Part shown: positions 1-11,099 of the stretch, piece after piece | How positions within the stretch are numbered: the first letter of the stretch is position 1 | Layout: every line of letters starts with the position of its first letter | DNA from: Octopus sinensis | Taxonomy: Eukaryota | Direction of reading: 5' to 3' | DNA: 28,296 bases | Assembly: GCF_006345805.1 (NCBI RefSeq) | Contig: NW_021827565.1 | Location: forward strand, 1 to 28,296 | The notes under the pieces: model-generated | The model's database searches: none | Told to the model about the DNA's origin: nothing | Seen by the model: only the letters and a program-made list of their open reading frames with translations | Translations under genes and position numbers: made by a program

Positions 1-95
1 AATATATATATACTATTATATATATATACATATACATAATTTATATATATACATATATATATATACATATATATATATTATATACATATATATAT
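1..95. repeat. (TA)n-rich microsatellite
   Basis: Near-pure TA with CA interruptions; abuts the truncated LINE at 96. Confidence 0.95.
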
Positions 96-2604
96 GAACC
101 TCATCAACACCCTGTACATGGAGCAAGTTATACTCCAACCAACCAGGGCAAGTAACACACTGGATCTCTGCTTCACAAAAATATGGATCTCATCCATAAT
201 GTGAAAGTGACACCGACACTACTCTCGGATCACAACATGGTAGATCTGACCATGTATGGGCCAAAAGAGAGCACGGACATGCAGCCTACAAGAAACCCTC
301 AGAATCTTTCCAGCTTGAACTACCATAAGGCAAACTGGAAACAAATTGAGAAAGAGATCCTCAAACAAAACTGGCCTAAATGTCTCTCCTCGCCAGACAT
401 CGACGTGAAACTTCAACAATTCATGTCTGTAACGCAAGCCATATGCTACAAATGTGTCCCAGAGAGAAGGCCACTGTACACAAGAACAAAATCCCCAGAG
501 AGAGGAAAATCTTAATGAGACGGCGTACAAAATTTCAAATCGCCTAAACAAACAGATTGAAAGCAGTGAAAAGTCCCGCCTGAAAATAAAACTGTTGGAA
601 ATTGAAAAATGTCTGCAACTCTCCCATGAAAAGGAAAGAGCAGACAAAGAAGCCTGGGCTATAGATAACATAAAATCTAACCCCAGAGCTTTCTACAGGT
701 ATGCCAAAGAAAAGCTATGGTGCACTGTAGGATAGGGCCACTCCTTGAAAGGATGGCACACTCACAGAAAACCAATGAGGGTAAGTGAAATACTGAATGA
801 GCAATTCAAGAGTGTTTTCACTCCACTCCTCGGGCATTTCAAAATCACCAATCCAACTGACTTCTTTACCACTGCAGATATAAAATCAGAGGCGGCGACG
901 ATAAATTACATCGATATAAAGGAAGACGATGTAATAAAGGCCATAGATGAAATGAAAACAGAATCAGCTATTTGCCCTGATGTATTCCCGGCAATCCTCC
1001 TAAAAGTATGTAAGAGAGTCCTAGCAAGACCACTGCAGATCCTCTTTCAGAGCTTCCTTGCAGCTGGCAAACTTCCAAAAAAACTGAAGGAAGGTAAAAT
1101 ATGTCCTATTCATAAAGGTGGTAGCAGAGCAGAGGCCAAGAACTACAGACCTATCTCTCTCACCTCACACATCAGCAAGGTCATGGAACGAATAGTCAGA
1201 AGGAAACTAATCACCTTCCTTGAAGAAAATGACTTGCTGCCTGACACCCAACATGGTTTCCGACCAAGAAGAAGCTGTTTAACTCAGCTCCTACAACACT
1301 ATGACTGGGTGCTGAAACAACTGCTCAACCACTCAAATGTGGAAGTCATATATCTCGACTTTGCAAAGGCCTTTGATAAAGTCGATCATGGAATGATATG
1401 TCACAAACTGCATGATCTTGGCATAGTTGGAAAACTGGGAGAATGGCTTCATGACTTTCTGAAGAATAGAAGTCAGGTGGTAGCAGCCAATGGGGCCACT
1501 TCCATTAACACACAAATAGTGAGCGGTGTTCCGCAGAGCACTGTTTTGGGACCACTACTGTTCATAATGGCCCTCTCAGACATGCCCTCAGCCACGCAGA
1601 GAGCCACGATCACAAGTTATGCAGATGATACAAAAGTTTCACAGGCAATACAGAACCCTGAAGACACTAAGCACCTGCAATGTGAGCTGGACGAAACATA
1701 CAAGTGGGCTGAAAAGAATAGCATGCAGTTCAATGCTGAAAAGTGTCAAGCTTTATACTATCAGCATGCAAAACTGAATGCAATACCCAATGAATACACT
1801 GGACCCGGAGGGATTGCAATCCCAGAGGCACAATCAGTGCGTGACCTGGGTATTCACATGAGTTATGACGCGACCTTTCATGTACATGTTGCTAAACTGG
1901 CAATAAAATGTAGACGGCTGGCTGGCTGGATTCTCAGAACCTTTAGAACAAGAGAACAAGAAACCATGATGGTCCTCTGGAGGACACTTGTCCTAAGCCA
2001 CTTTGACTATTGCTCTCAGTTATGGTCACCATCCAGTGTCAAGTTGATCACAGAGCTCGAGGCGATCCAATGAAGCTACACGAAGAAGATAGCCTCTGTG
2101 CAGCATATGAGCTACTGGGAAAGACTCAAGATATTAAAGCTCTATTCCCTGGAGCGTAGGCGAGAAAGATATGCCATAATATATATCTGGAAGGACTTGT
2201 CCCAAACTTTGGCATCGAGAGTCACACAAATGCCAGAACCGGACGCCACTGCGTAATACCAAGGACTCCAAATTTGCCATCAAGATGTAGGACAAGATAC
2301 TGTGATAGCCTGGGCTTCCGAGGCCCACAGCTCTTCAATATCCTCCCGAAGAACCTAAGAGACCTGCATGGGGTGGATGCAGATGTCTTTAAAATGAAAC
2401 TGGATCTCTTCCTGTCAGGTATCCCAGATGAACCAACTTCACGGCAGGAGGTGCAGATGAAGGCAGCTGCGTCGAACTCTCTCATGCACCAAATGGCAGT
2501 TGCTAAAAAGCTTTCGTGAAGTAAAACCATGTAGCAACACCAAATGGCGGTGCCCCAGCATGGCCACAGCTCATGAGCTGAAACTAGAATCAATCAATCA
2601 ATCA
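96..2604 (+). mobile_element. 5'-truncated CR1/L2-group non-LTR retrotransposon (LINE) with decayed ORF2 and intact 3' end
   Basis: APE endonuclease C-terminus (QPTRASNTLDLCF...LLSDHNMV) at ~140-240, then RT domain, then C-terminal LKLYSLERRRERY. ORF2 ends at TGA 2517-2519. Short 3' UTR with hairpin CAGCTCATGAGCTG (2567-2580) and (AATC)n tail at 2588-2604. Several frameshifts and a premature stop at 2071-2073. Confidence 0.93.
745..2073 (+). pseudogene. Reverse transcriptase part of LINE ORF2 (longest surviving frame; the track's start codon is not the real start)
   Basis: Motifs NYRPISLTSHISKVMERIV, QHGFRPRRSC, YLDFAKAFDKVDH, GVPQSTVLGPLLF, YADD. TGA at 2071 is probably a deaminated CGA, because LINE-like coding continues beyond it. 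Confidence 0.92.
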
Positions 2605-2606
2605 TA

Positions 2607-3147
2607 CTATATAATTAGGGTTCAGCTATGATTTGCTTCACCACATACCGAAGTTTAGAAATAGCAGTCAAAAAATCTTAGCTATTCCTTCTACTTTAAA
2701 GGGAGTTCCCAGAAAAACCAAAGCACTTGAAAACATGATGTACTCTCATTCATTTTTTTAAATTTGGCAGCACTAGCACGGAATACGATCTTTCTGATAC
2801 TGTTAGGTGAAAAGATATTTTCCAGTGCCTTCAAATTTAATATTCAATTATTTATATTTTATAATTGAGGAATCCTATGCTAAAGAGACGAAAATAGTCG
2901 GGTAAGGTATAATTATTTATTATTTATGCTTTATACTGACTTAATTCCGAAACGCACGTCCGTGGGTAACCTAACATAGAATGATTTTTGTCATTTTTTC
3001 CCCTTTGCCTACGTGGCTTGTTTTCAAGTGCTTTGGTTTTTCTAGGAACTCCCTTTAAAGTAGAAGGAATAGCTAAGATTTTTTGACTGCTATTTCTAAA
3101 CTTCGGTATGTGGTGAAGTAAATCGTAGCTGAACCCTAATTATATAG
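2607..3147. mobile_element. MITE with ~130-bp terminal inverted repeats and TA target duplication (Tc1/mariner-like)
   Basis: 2604-2735 is the reverse complement of 3019-3150 with 3 mismatches by eye. TA at 2605-2606 and 3148-3149. No coding capacity. Confidence 0.85.
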
Positions 3148-3242
3148 TATTACTTAAACTTACCATGAAATGGTCCCTTTCATGCCAAATCCTACTTGGT
3201 GAAATTACTGATTACTTCTTAATTAATTAATTTCACCTTTGT

Positions 3243-3246
<4 letters not shown>

Positions 3247-3290
<44 letters not shown>

Positions 3291-3299
3291 ATATATGTT

Positions 3300-3357
<58 letters not shown>

Positions 3358-3358
3358 G
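3247..3358. repeat. (TA)n/(TG)n microsatellite
   Basis: Direct reading. Confidence 0.95.
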
Positions 3359-3360
3359 TC

Positions 3361-4518
3361 TCTATATATATAAAACTGAGAATGCGTCTGTCTGTCTGTC
3401 TGTGTGTTTCCCTAAAACTTGAGAACTGCACAACCAATTTCATTCAAATTTTACACATGCCTTACTTAGGGTCCAGGGAGTGTCATCGGCAAAAAAAATT
3501 TTTAAACTTTTTGCTTAGGGCGAGCCCACAGCAATATCATATCTTCTCGACTACGATTCCCTAAAACTTGAGAACTACACAACCAATTTCATTCAAATTT
3601 TACAAATGCCTTACTTAGGGTCCATGTAGTTTCGTGGGCAAAAAAATGTTCAACTTCTTGTCTACAGCGAGCCCATAGCAATATCATATCTTCTCCACTA
3701 TTTCAGTATTACGTGTTAAAATTGAAACAAAAATATTTCTCTATTTTATGTCAGATACTTTCACTTTAACAATAAAAATAATAATAACAATTGAATTATA
3801 TGTAGTAAGTAATAATTAAAATCAAACTAAAGTATAATATAATCGTAACATAACAAAAGTAAAAATAGCAATTGGTATAAAATTGCATCAATGACTTGAA
3901 CTTGAATAAGTGGTTTCACATGAATGGGAATAAATTAAAAATAAAATTAGTGTGCAGAAATGGAATAGTCCAGATGGATAATAAAAAATTAAACTAAAGA
4001 AAAGACTATTGTCTATAAAGTATACAATGTAGAGAAAAAAGAAGATTTGAACACCTGGAGGAAAGCACCATCGAAAAGTGTCTTGGTGCGACTATGAAAG
4101 AGGGGTAAATTTGCCACAATAGAAGCAAGGTTCGAGTCAACGGAGCGTGCAAGGGAGTACTCAACTCGAACTTGCAAAGTGGAAATATTTTATTTTTACC
4201 TTTATATCTGGGACGTAGGACATGCCGGATAAAAATTAAAAATGTCCCCCCCCCTCTCCAGAAGTTGAGGTAGGCTGGATACAAGAGGGAGGACAAGATA
4301 CAATCGATCGAAATTGTAAGAGACGGGCTTACAATTCCAGTCTGTTACATATTTTGAGTATTGTTATCACTAGCGATATCAAGATATAACTTTGTATTTT
4401 GTATTTTATGTGTAGATGTATATATATATATAGATGTACATGTAATATGTACACATATATATACACATATATACATGCACTAGCACTATGACCTGGCAAC
4501 GACGGGTCATAATGCTAG
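3361..4518 (+). mobile_element. Non-autonomous Helitron
   Basis: 5' end TCTATATATATAAAA followed by (GTCT)n. 3' end has a GC-rich hairpin GACCTGGCAACGACGGGTC, then CTAG (4515-4518) followed by T. The base before the 5' TC is not the canonical A. Confidence 0.7.
3410..3700 (+). repeat. Diverged ~149-bp tandem duplication inside the Helitron
   Basis: CCCTAAAACTTGAGAACT...ATATCTTCTC begins at both 3410 and 3559. Confidence 0.9.
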
Positions 4519-4526
4519 TATATATA

Positions 4527-4570
<44 letters not shown>
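4519..4570. repeat. (TA)n(TG)n microsatellite
   Basis: Direct reading. Confidence 0.9.
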
Positions 4571-4831
4571 TTGTAATTTCATTTAGTATGTTTTTTTCAT
4601 TACTTTTTTGTAAGTGCAGTTCTTTGCAATCTCTTCTGGAATTAAAAAGAAATTCTTGGCATTTTGAGATGTGATGACTTTAGAAGAATCTTTCAGAAGT
4701 AATCCCTTGACAGTTCAGTAGTAGTTCATAAGGGCATGACATAGGAAAACACACACACAAACATTTGCATATTTACATATCTGTATACATAAACATTTAT
4801 TTATAAAATTTTATATTCTCTTTTTTTTCAG

Positions 4832-4914
4832 AATTGATTTCTAAACTAAATAAACAGAAAAAAATTGAAAGTTCAGAAGAAAGTGATGAGGAACTCAATG
4901 AAGAAAAGAAATAA
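4832..4914 (+). CDS. Candidate terminal coding exon of an unidentified host gene (xLISKLNKQKKIESSEESDEELNEEKK*)
   Basis: Strong polypyrimidine tract plus CAG ending at 4831. Open frame of 26 codons to TAA 4912-4914 giving a charged, C-terminus-like peptide. AATAAA at 4927-4932. No homology could be checked. Confidence 0.4.
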
Positions 4915-4996
4915 AAAAAAAATTGAAATAAAATATATATTTGTGAATGTATGAGTTTATATATTCCTCTATATGGCAAGATAATTAAGTTAATTG

Positions 4997-5097
4997 ATTG
5001 GTTGAATCGTTAGAGCATCAGACAAAGGGCAGTAATTGTTTTTGCTCTTAGCATTTTAAGTTCAAATCCTGCAGAGGCCAAATTTATTTTCTACCCT
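4997..5097 (+). mobile_element. Highly decayed tRNA-derived SINE head
   Basis: AAGTTCAAATCCTGCAGAGG (5058-5077) resembles GAGTTCAAATTCCGCCGAGG of the SINE at 9983. Confidence 0.35.
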
Positions 5098-5613
5098 TTT
5101 GTACAGAAGTGTCAATATATAAACTATTAAGCAAGTAACGGATTGATTCTTCTTTGAAAATCAGCTACACTGCACTGTTAAAGTGTCATGAGAGATATCT
5201 CACTATGTTCCTTGCTTCCCTGGTTAGAAATTTCTTTGACATACCACAAGAATTGCCCAAATAAACCAGATACCAGACATGGGAAAACCCATGTACTTGT
5301 AAAGCGTGAAATTAGATAATTATGTCCATAGAAATAGAATCGCAAAGTTCTGTTACTTCTAAATAAGAGAGAAATTAATATGACTGTAGGATAAGTTTGT
5401 TGTCTGTCTTGTGGTTGTCAACTCAGTTTAAAACATGACTTTCTCATTGCAGTCATATGCCTGTAACAGATTTGACAGTATTTCTAACATGGGCCTGTAG
5501 ATGCCCTAGTTTTGTTTTATAGCTTTTTGACAAATGTATGCATGTGAGCATCCTAAGTTGGTCTCCCGATATGTAATCTTTCATGGATGATAAGTTTGGT
5601 TTTTGAAAATGTA

Positions 5614-6875
5614 TGAGGGGCGTTCAATAAGTAATGCCCCTGACCCACTTCCCATAGCAGTAGAGCAACGAAACTTGGCACAGTTATTAGTCTTTTTCTA
5701 CATAGGAACCACCCAGAGTTACACATTTCTCCCATTGTTTGATGCAGCTCTGGAGACCGTTTTTGTAGAAGACCCCAGCTTGGTCCTCCAACCACAATGT
5801 GTCTTCAGAAATCAAGGCTGCATCATCTGGGAAACGCTTTCCTTTCAAAAACAACTTCATGGCTGGGAAGAGGTGAAAATCAGATGGTGCAAGGTCAGGA
5901 GAGTAGGGGGGATGGGGGAGGAGTTCATAGCCACACGACTGTGCTTCTGATCTGGCGACACGCGAGATGTGGACTGGAGCGTTATCCTGCAGGAGGATGA
6001 TGCCTTTGCTGATCTTGCCTCGCCTCTTAATTTTGATAGCTTCTCTTAATTTCCTCAAAAGTGAAGCATAATAGGCTCCTGCGATTGTGGTACCCTTTGC
6101 CAGGAAATCTGTCATCACTACTCCGTCCTGGTCCCAGAAGACTGAGCTTGACCTTGCCAGCAGAGGGCTGCACCCTTGCCTTCTTTGGAGGAGGTGAGTC
6201 ACGGTGCATTGACTGGGCTTTGGTCTCTGGATCATAGTGATGGACCCAGGTTTCATCCTGTGTAATCAGTCTTTTGAAAAATTTTGACTCATCTTCTTGG
6301 CACATCTCCAAATTCATCCTCGAGCACTCGACGTGTTCTTGCTTCTGTGAGCAACCTAGGAATCCATCTGGCATATGCATATGGTCATGAATGATAGCTT
6401 CCACAGACCCGGTACTAATCTTGACCTCATGGGCTATTTGGCGAATAGTTATGCGTCGATCTTCCAAAATGGCAGCCTCAACTTGACGGACAGATGCCTC
6501 ATCAATGGCAGATGGTGAGGCGACCAGATCTGGGAGCCGTTTCCACAGAGTTCCGACCATGTTTGAATTCACAATGTCAGCGTTTTACAAGGTCATATGA
6601 TGGGGCATCATCACCATAAGTTACTTTTACTTCATCAAAAGTTTCCCGTGGTATGCATCCTTTCAAATACAAAAACCTGATCACTGCTCGACACTCAACA
6701 GGCTCCATTTCACATTTGACTCAGTTCAAACACCTGTAAATCAGAAACCACAATTAGTTCAGAGCTGTAATTTGCCACTTAATCTATAGAGATATATATA
6801 ATTGCACATGCAAAATTTCAGCTAGATCAAGCAACTGCAAGTGGTTCAGGGGCATTACTTATTGAACGTCCCTCG
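5614..6875 (-). mobile_element. Full-length mariner DNA transposon (inactivated)
   Basis: 37-bp TIRs (5614-5650 and 6839-6875, 3 mismatches). TA at 5612-5613 and 6876-6877. Length 1262 bp. Confidence 0.96.
5687..6708 (-). pseudogene. Mariner DD34D transposase, with frameshifts and a stop
   Basis: ATG at 6708 (MEPVECRAVIRFLYLKG). Motifs ITQDETWVHHYDPETK, LLQDNAPVH, HPPYSPDLAPSDFHLF. 34 residues counted between the 2nd and 3rd catalytic Asp. Confidence 0.95.
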
Positions 6876-7276
6876 TAAAGTAGCCATAGACTATGCAAGC
6901 AAGATTATCTTTGGAACTTTTACCATAAAATACTTAAATTTCTTGCAGTTTTCAGGCATTATGCTTTAGTATTATCTGAAACTCCCTAGTTATCAATTGT
7001 CATTTATTTCTGTTCAGTGCAAGTTGTTCCCAACGTGCTTGCTATTGTTCAAAGATTTATTTTTTGTGATGTCATGAAATTTTTGTTTTTTTGTACTGGA
7101 GAGAACTAATTTTTTTTATAAAGTAATCATTTCAGAAGTTTTACCTATCCATTACATTTGGTACTTGAGAAGATGAACTTCCAAACTGATGACCTTAACT
7201 TTTCCAGAACTTTTTGTCAGGTGTAAAAGATTTCTAATTAATCATTCACACAACAGCGTGTGAATAATATTTTTAA

Positions 7277-7502
7277 CCCATTAAGTCCCAGTGTATTTAA
7301 ATTTCAGAATATTACTTTTAAATTTTTACAGATGATTGAAAATAAGTTAAAATGAAAAAAAAAATAATTATTAAAACTCCTTTACTTCAAGTAGAAATGG
7401 AAATACTCAGTGTCTTATAAATAGGATACTGAGACAATGTGATATAGCTTGTTTAATGTTTTTATTTAGTGTCCTATTTATAGAACAGTGGGACTTAATG
7501 GG
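7277..7502. mobile_element. piggyBac-type MITE (226 bp)
   Basis: TTAA|CCCATTAAGTCCCA ... TGGGACTTAATGGG|TTAT. 14-bp perfect TIR (17/18 extended), left TTAA target, right site one base off. Internal palindromic AGTGTCYTATAAATAGGAYACT-type motifs. Confidence 0.7.
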
Positions 7503-7510
7503 TTATGGTC

Positions 7511-8455
7511 AACTCTTACTCACAGCCAATTTGATGCTTTACCACTAATTCTGTTTTAGCTCTATCTTAATTCGGTGTTTTGTACTATGATGAACCAGTG
7601 GTAAGCTACATTTTGACATAAAATAATCAAAATTTGGTTTAGTAGAGAAACAGTTATAAAAAAATGTAGGGCCAAAATGGAAGAATAATGCATGATATTG
7701 ACTCGTAATTTCTCAGTTATTTAAAAGAAAAACTATACCTTAATTATACCCTTTTAAAAGAACTCAATAAGTAGAATCATTTGATGAAAACCTCTTTAAA
7801 AGATAGTAGATAGAAAAAAGTTATGCAGCTTTAAGTAGCCAAAACATTGGTAACAAAGAACTTGATGGAAAGATATTGGTAGAAAAAATGTTATGCAGCT
7901 TTAAGTGATGGAAAAAGTTATAATTTGCTGTTTCAAACTTTTACTCACTTGCAGTCAATTTAATACTTTACCACTAATTCAGTTTTAGCTCAATCTTAAT
8001 TTAATTTTTGTGCTATGATGGACCAGTGATTAGCTACATTTTGACATAAAATAATCGAAATTTGATTCAGTAGAAAAAAAGTTATGACAAAAAATGTAGG
8101 GTCAAAAATGGAGAGTAATGCCAAATATTTACTTTGATTCGTAATTTCTCAGTTATTTAAAAGAAAAATTATACTTTAATTATGGCTATTTAAAAGAACT
8201 CAACAAATCGAATCTTTTGGTGAAGACCTTGTTAAAAGATATTTGATAGAAAAAGTTATGCAGCTTGAAGTAGCTAAAAAGTTGATAAGTAGTGGCTAAA
8301 AATAGAGTTTGAGTCAAAATGTCTCAGGTATTTCAAAAGCAAACTATCCCTTAATTATACCCTTTTAAAAGAACTCAATGAGTAGAATCTTTTGGTGAAA
8401 ATCTCTTTAGAAGATATTTGATAGAAAAACAGTTATGCTGCTTTAAGTGATAAAA
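7511..8455 (+). repeat. Diverged ~425-bp tandem repeats (two copies plus a partial third)
   Basis: Copies start at ~7511 and ~7936 and share CTTTACCACTAATTC, GCTACATTTTGACATAAAATAATC, AAAAGAACTCAA and GAAAAAAGTTATGCAGCTT. Partial copy at 8320-8455. Confidence 0.85.
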
Positions 8456-8829
8456 AAAAAGTGATAATTTGATTTTCATTTGGTTTGTTTACACCTACAT
8501 TTGGGGAGTGACTGCTGCAACAATTGACTACTACTGCTACGAAAACGCCAGGGATTTGAATGGGTTAATGAACCCTGCATAACTGGACATTCCCCAGACT
8601 GTTTTTCTTACAAAGATGGGCCCCTTGCACCTGAAATATAAAGGTTTTGTTGAATTTACTGCACTTTTAGAAGCTATTTTCTCTCCTTTGACATTCTCCG
8701 GTATCATAATGTTCAAACAAACTACAATGCTCTTATTGCTCTAAAAAATATATTTTCATTCTCTTAACATTATTATTAGCTACTTTTTTCTTTATTGTTA
8801 CAAACTAAAAATTCTGTTTAGATAGTTTC

Positions 8830-8990
8830 AATGCAAATTTGAACATCACTCTGGTTTTGCAAGCGAAGACAAAAAAATAATTCTTTGTGATCCCGTGATT
8901 GTTTAAAGTGTAGGTGGTATGATTGTGCCACACCTTTTAGTGTGTGTGCAAACTATAAATTTAACTATTGAACACATGGCGAGTTTAGTC
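8830..8990 (+). repeat. Dispersed direct repeat, paralog of 9885-9982 plus 10191-10250
   Basis: Shared AAATTTGAACAT, CTCTGGTTTTGCAAGCGAAGA, AGGTGGTATGATT, GCAAACTATAAAT and CTATTGAACACAT. Confidence 0.85.
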
Positions 8991-9982
8991 TTGTGCTGGG
9001 AGCTGAGTGACGGCAGCTGATGTGCAACATTGACATGTGAAGAGGTTGGTTTAGAGTCTCCTGGAAGTCAATGTGAGTAGTTTATGTGAATAATTGGTTC
9101 AAGGTTGATGCAAAGTGGTCGAGGTCCAGCAGTTCATGTTGAACAGTTAACACAGTAATTGGTGTCAGAAGTGGGATATGTATGGCGAGGGTGAATGCCA
9201 GTGGTTAATGTGAATAGTGGAGTCTTTGCTGTGAGGAGAATGATTAGAAGTCAGTTTGATGTGATGGTGATAAAGCAGACTATTGCTGGTGGTGAAGTGA
9301 AAGCGTTATAGATGACAGTGATCCCACCGAAATTAGAACTACTGTCCATTGTAGTGAGAAGCACCATACTGACACTGGAGATCATTGCCCATTTGAGCAA
9401 CTGGCTCAGAGGATGGTGCCTGCGCAGTGTAAAGAAATGGAATGTTCTGAAAGAGAAGTCAATACAGAAAGATGTCTGCAAGATAAAAGAAGTGTTGAGT
9501 CAAAACTTTATAGAGGAGACCAAATCTTACCATGAAGTCAAAGAAAAGTATACACAGCAGTTGCAGGAATGTGGTAGGAAAAAACTTGAACCAGAAAATA
9601 GATCTTTTAATGAAATAAAATAAGTAACTGAAAGAGCAAGTGTTCTCACTGAACAGTGACAACAGCCAACTGTCAGAAAATAAATTTCAGCGGAAAACTA
9701 AAGGTGAACATGTTTCAAAAAGCGGGGGAAAAAAAAAAAAAAGACCATAATTAATTAACTAAAGGCAAATATCTTACAGAAAAAATAGAGACCCAGAAAA
9801 TTAATGAAGTAAAGGCAAATATCTTTAAAAAAAAAAAAATCAATAGGATGAGATACAGTGCATAAAAGGATTGCTGTATAAAAAATTTGAACATTGCTCT
9901 CTGGTTTTGCAAGCGAAGATGAAAAAGACAATTCTTTGTGGTCACGTGACTGCTTAAAGCATAGGTGGTATGATTTTGTTGA

Positions 9983-10174
9983 AGGCGGCGAGTATTTTGC
10001 CCGTCGCTATGTTCTGAGTTCAAATTCCGCCGAGGTTGACTTTCCCTTTCATCCTTTCGGGGTCGATAAATTAAGTACCAGTTATGCACTGGGGTTGATG
10101 TAATTGACTTAATCCGTTTGTCTATCCTTGTTTGTCCCCTCTATGTTTAGCCCCTTGTGGGTAATAAAGAAACA
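9983..10174 (+). mobile_element. tRNA-derived SINE with probable A-box deletion and 14-16-bp target site duplication
   Basis: B-box-like GAGTTCAAATTCC at 10016-10028. GGTATGATTTTGTTGA flanks it at 9967-9982 and 10175-10190. Confidence 0.85.
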
Positions 10175-10772
10175 GGTATGATTTTGTTGATGCACTTTTT
10201 ACTGTGGGCAAACTATAAATACTACTATTGAACACATTGTGAGTTTAATTATGCTGCTTTAAGTAACCATAAGATTGACTTTAACTCAAATTATCTCAGC
10301 TATTTGAAAAGCATACTATACTTTGTGTTCAAATGAAAGCTCTCCACTGGATGTATCTTTTCTTTTTAACCCCATAAAAATATATTAAAGAGAAAAAAAG
10401 TTATGCAGCTTTCAATAATTGCCAGTTGTAAATATATGCCTTGTAATTACAAAGATACTTAAATGGCAACTTGTCAATACAGGCAAACAGAAAATCCAGT
10501 CTATAATTGTTTTTTTTTTTATTTGACCTTCTCTCCTAATTCATTTGATTCCTCAGCTCATAGTTTGTGCTTTATATTTTTTTTATTATTGCTCTCTTTT
10601 TTAAAAAAAATATTCCTAAGAATTTCTAACAAAAATGAATAGGCATCAATTGATCAATAAGAAATGAAAGAAAATGAAAAAGTAAGCTAAATTTATTATT
10701 AGAATAAAAATTATTAATTTTTCTGCATCACTTGTAAAAAAAAGTGGACTACAATGAAAAATGTGAGCAAGA

Positions 10773-10946
10773 GATAAAAATATTCTTAAGTATTTAATAA
10801 ACCTGAAAAAATACAGGACAAAAAGTAAGCCTAAAATAAAAGAGCTTAAAATATTGCAGCTGAAATAAAATTTGAATGGGTTACCAATTAAATAAAATAT
10901 TCAAATAAATCAAGCCATTCAATAAGGATCAACCATCTTTCACCCA
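10773..10946. repeat. Left arm of a ~170-bp inverted repeat (right arm 13851-14009)
   Basis: TATTCTTAAGTATTTAATAAACCTG and TTTGAATGGGTTACCAATTAAATAAAATATTCAAATAA recur as reverse complements at 13851-14009. Confidence 0.85.
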
Positions 10947-11099
10947 AATTATTTCACTATTGCTGAGCTTCACTGTAAATAAATTTTAAATTAATATATG
11001 AAAATAAAGTGATAACTGCCATAATATTTTGTAACATTTTTTTACTTACTAAAATGTTTTACAAATGTAAAGCAAGTAAATAAATTAAATGTTTGACTA

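Noticed and set aside
219-671. Antisense ORFs over the LINE (also 2222-2593 and 19328-19568) and over the mariner (5603-6000)
   Set aside because: Shadow frames of transposon coding sequence with no independent motifs.
2934-2975. CTGAC...GAAACGCACGTC hammerhead-like string in the MITE core
   Set aside because: The core lacks the GA of CUGANGA, and there is no stem I or stem II.
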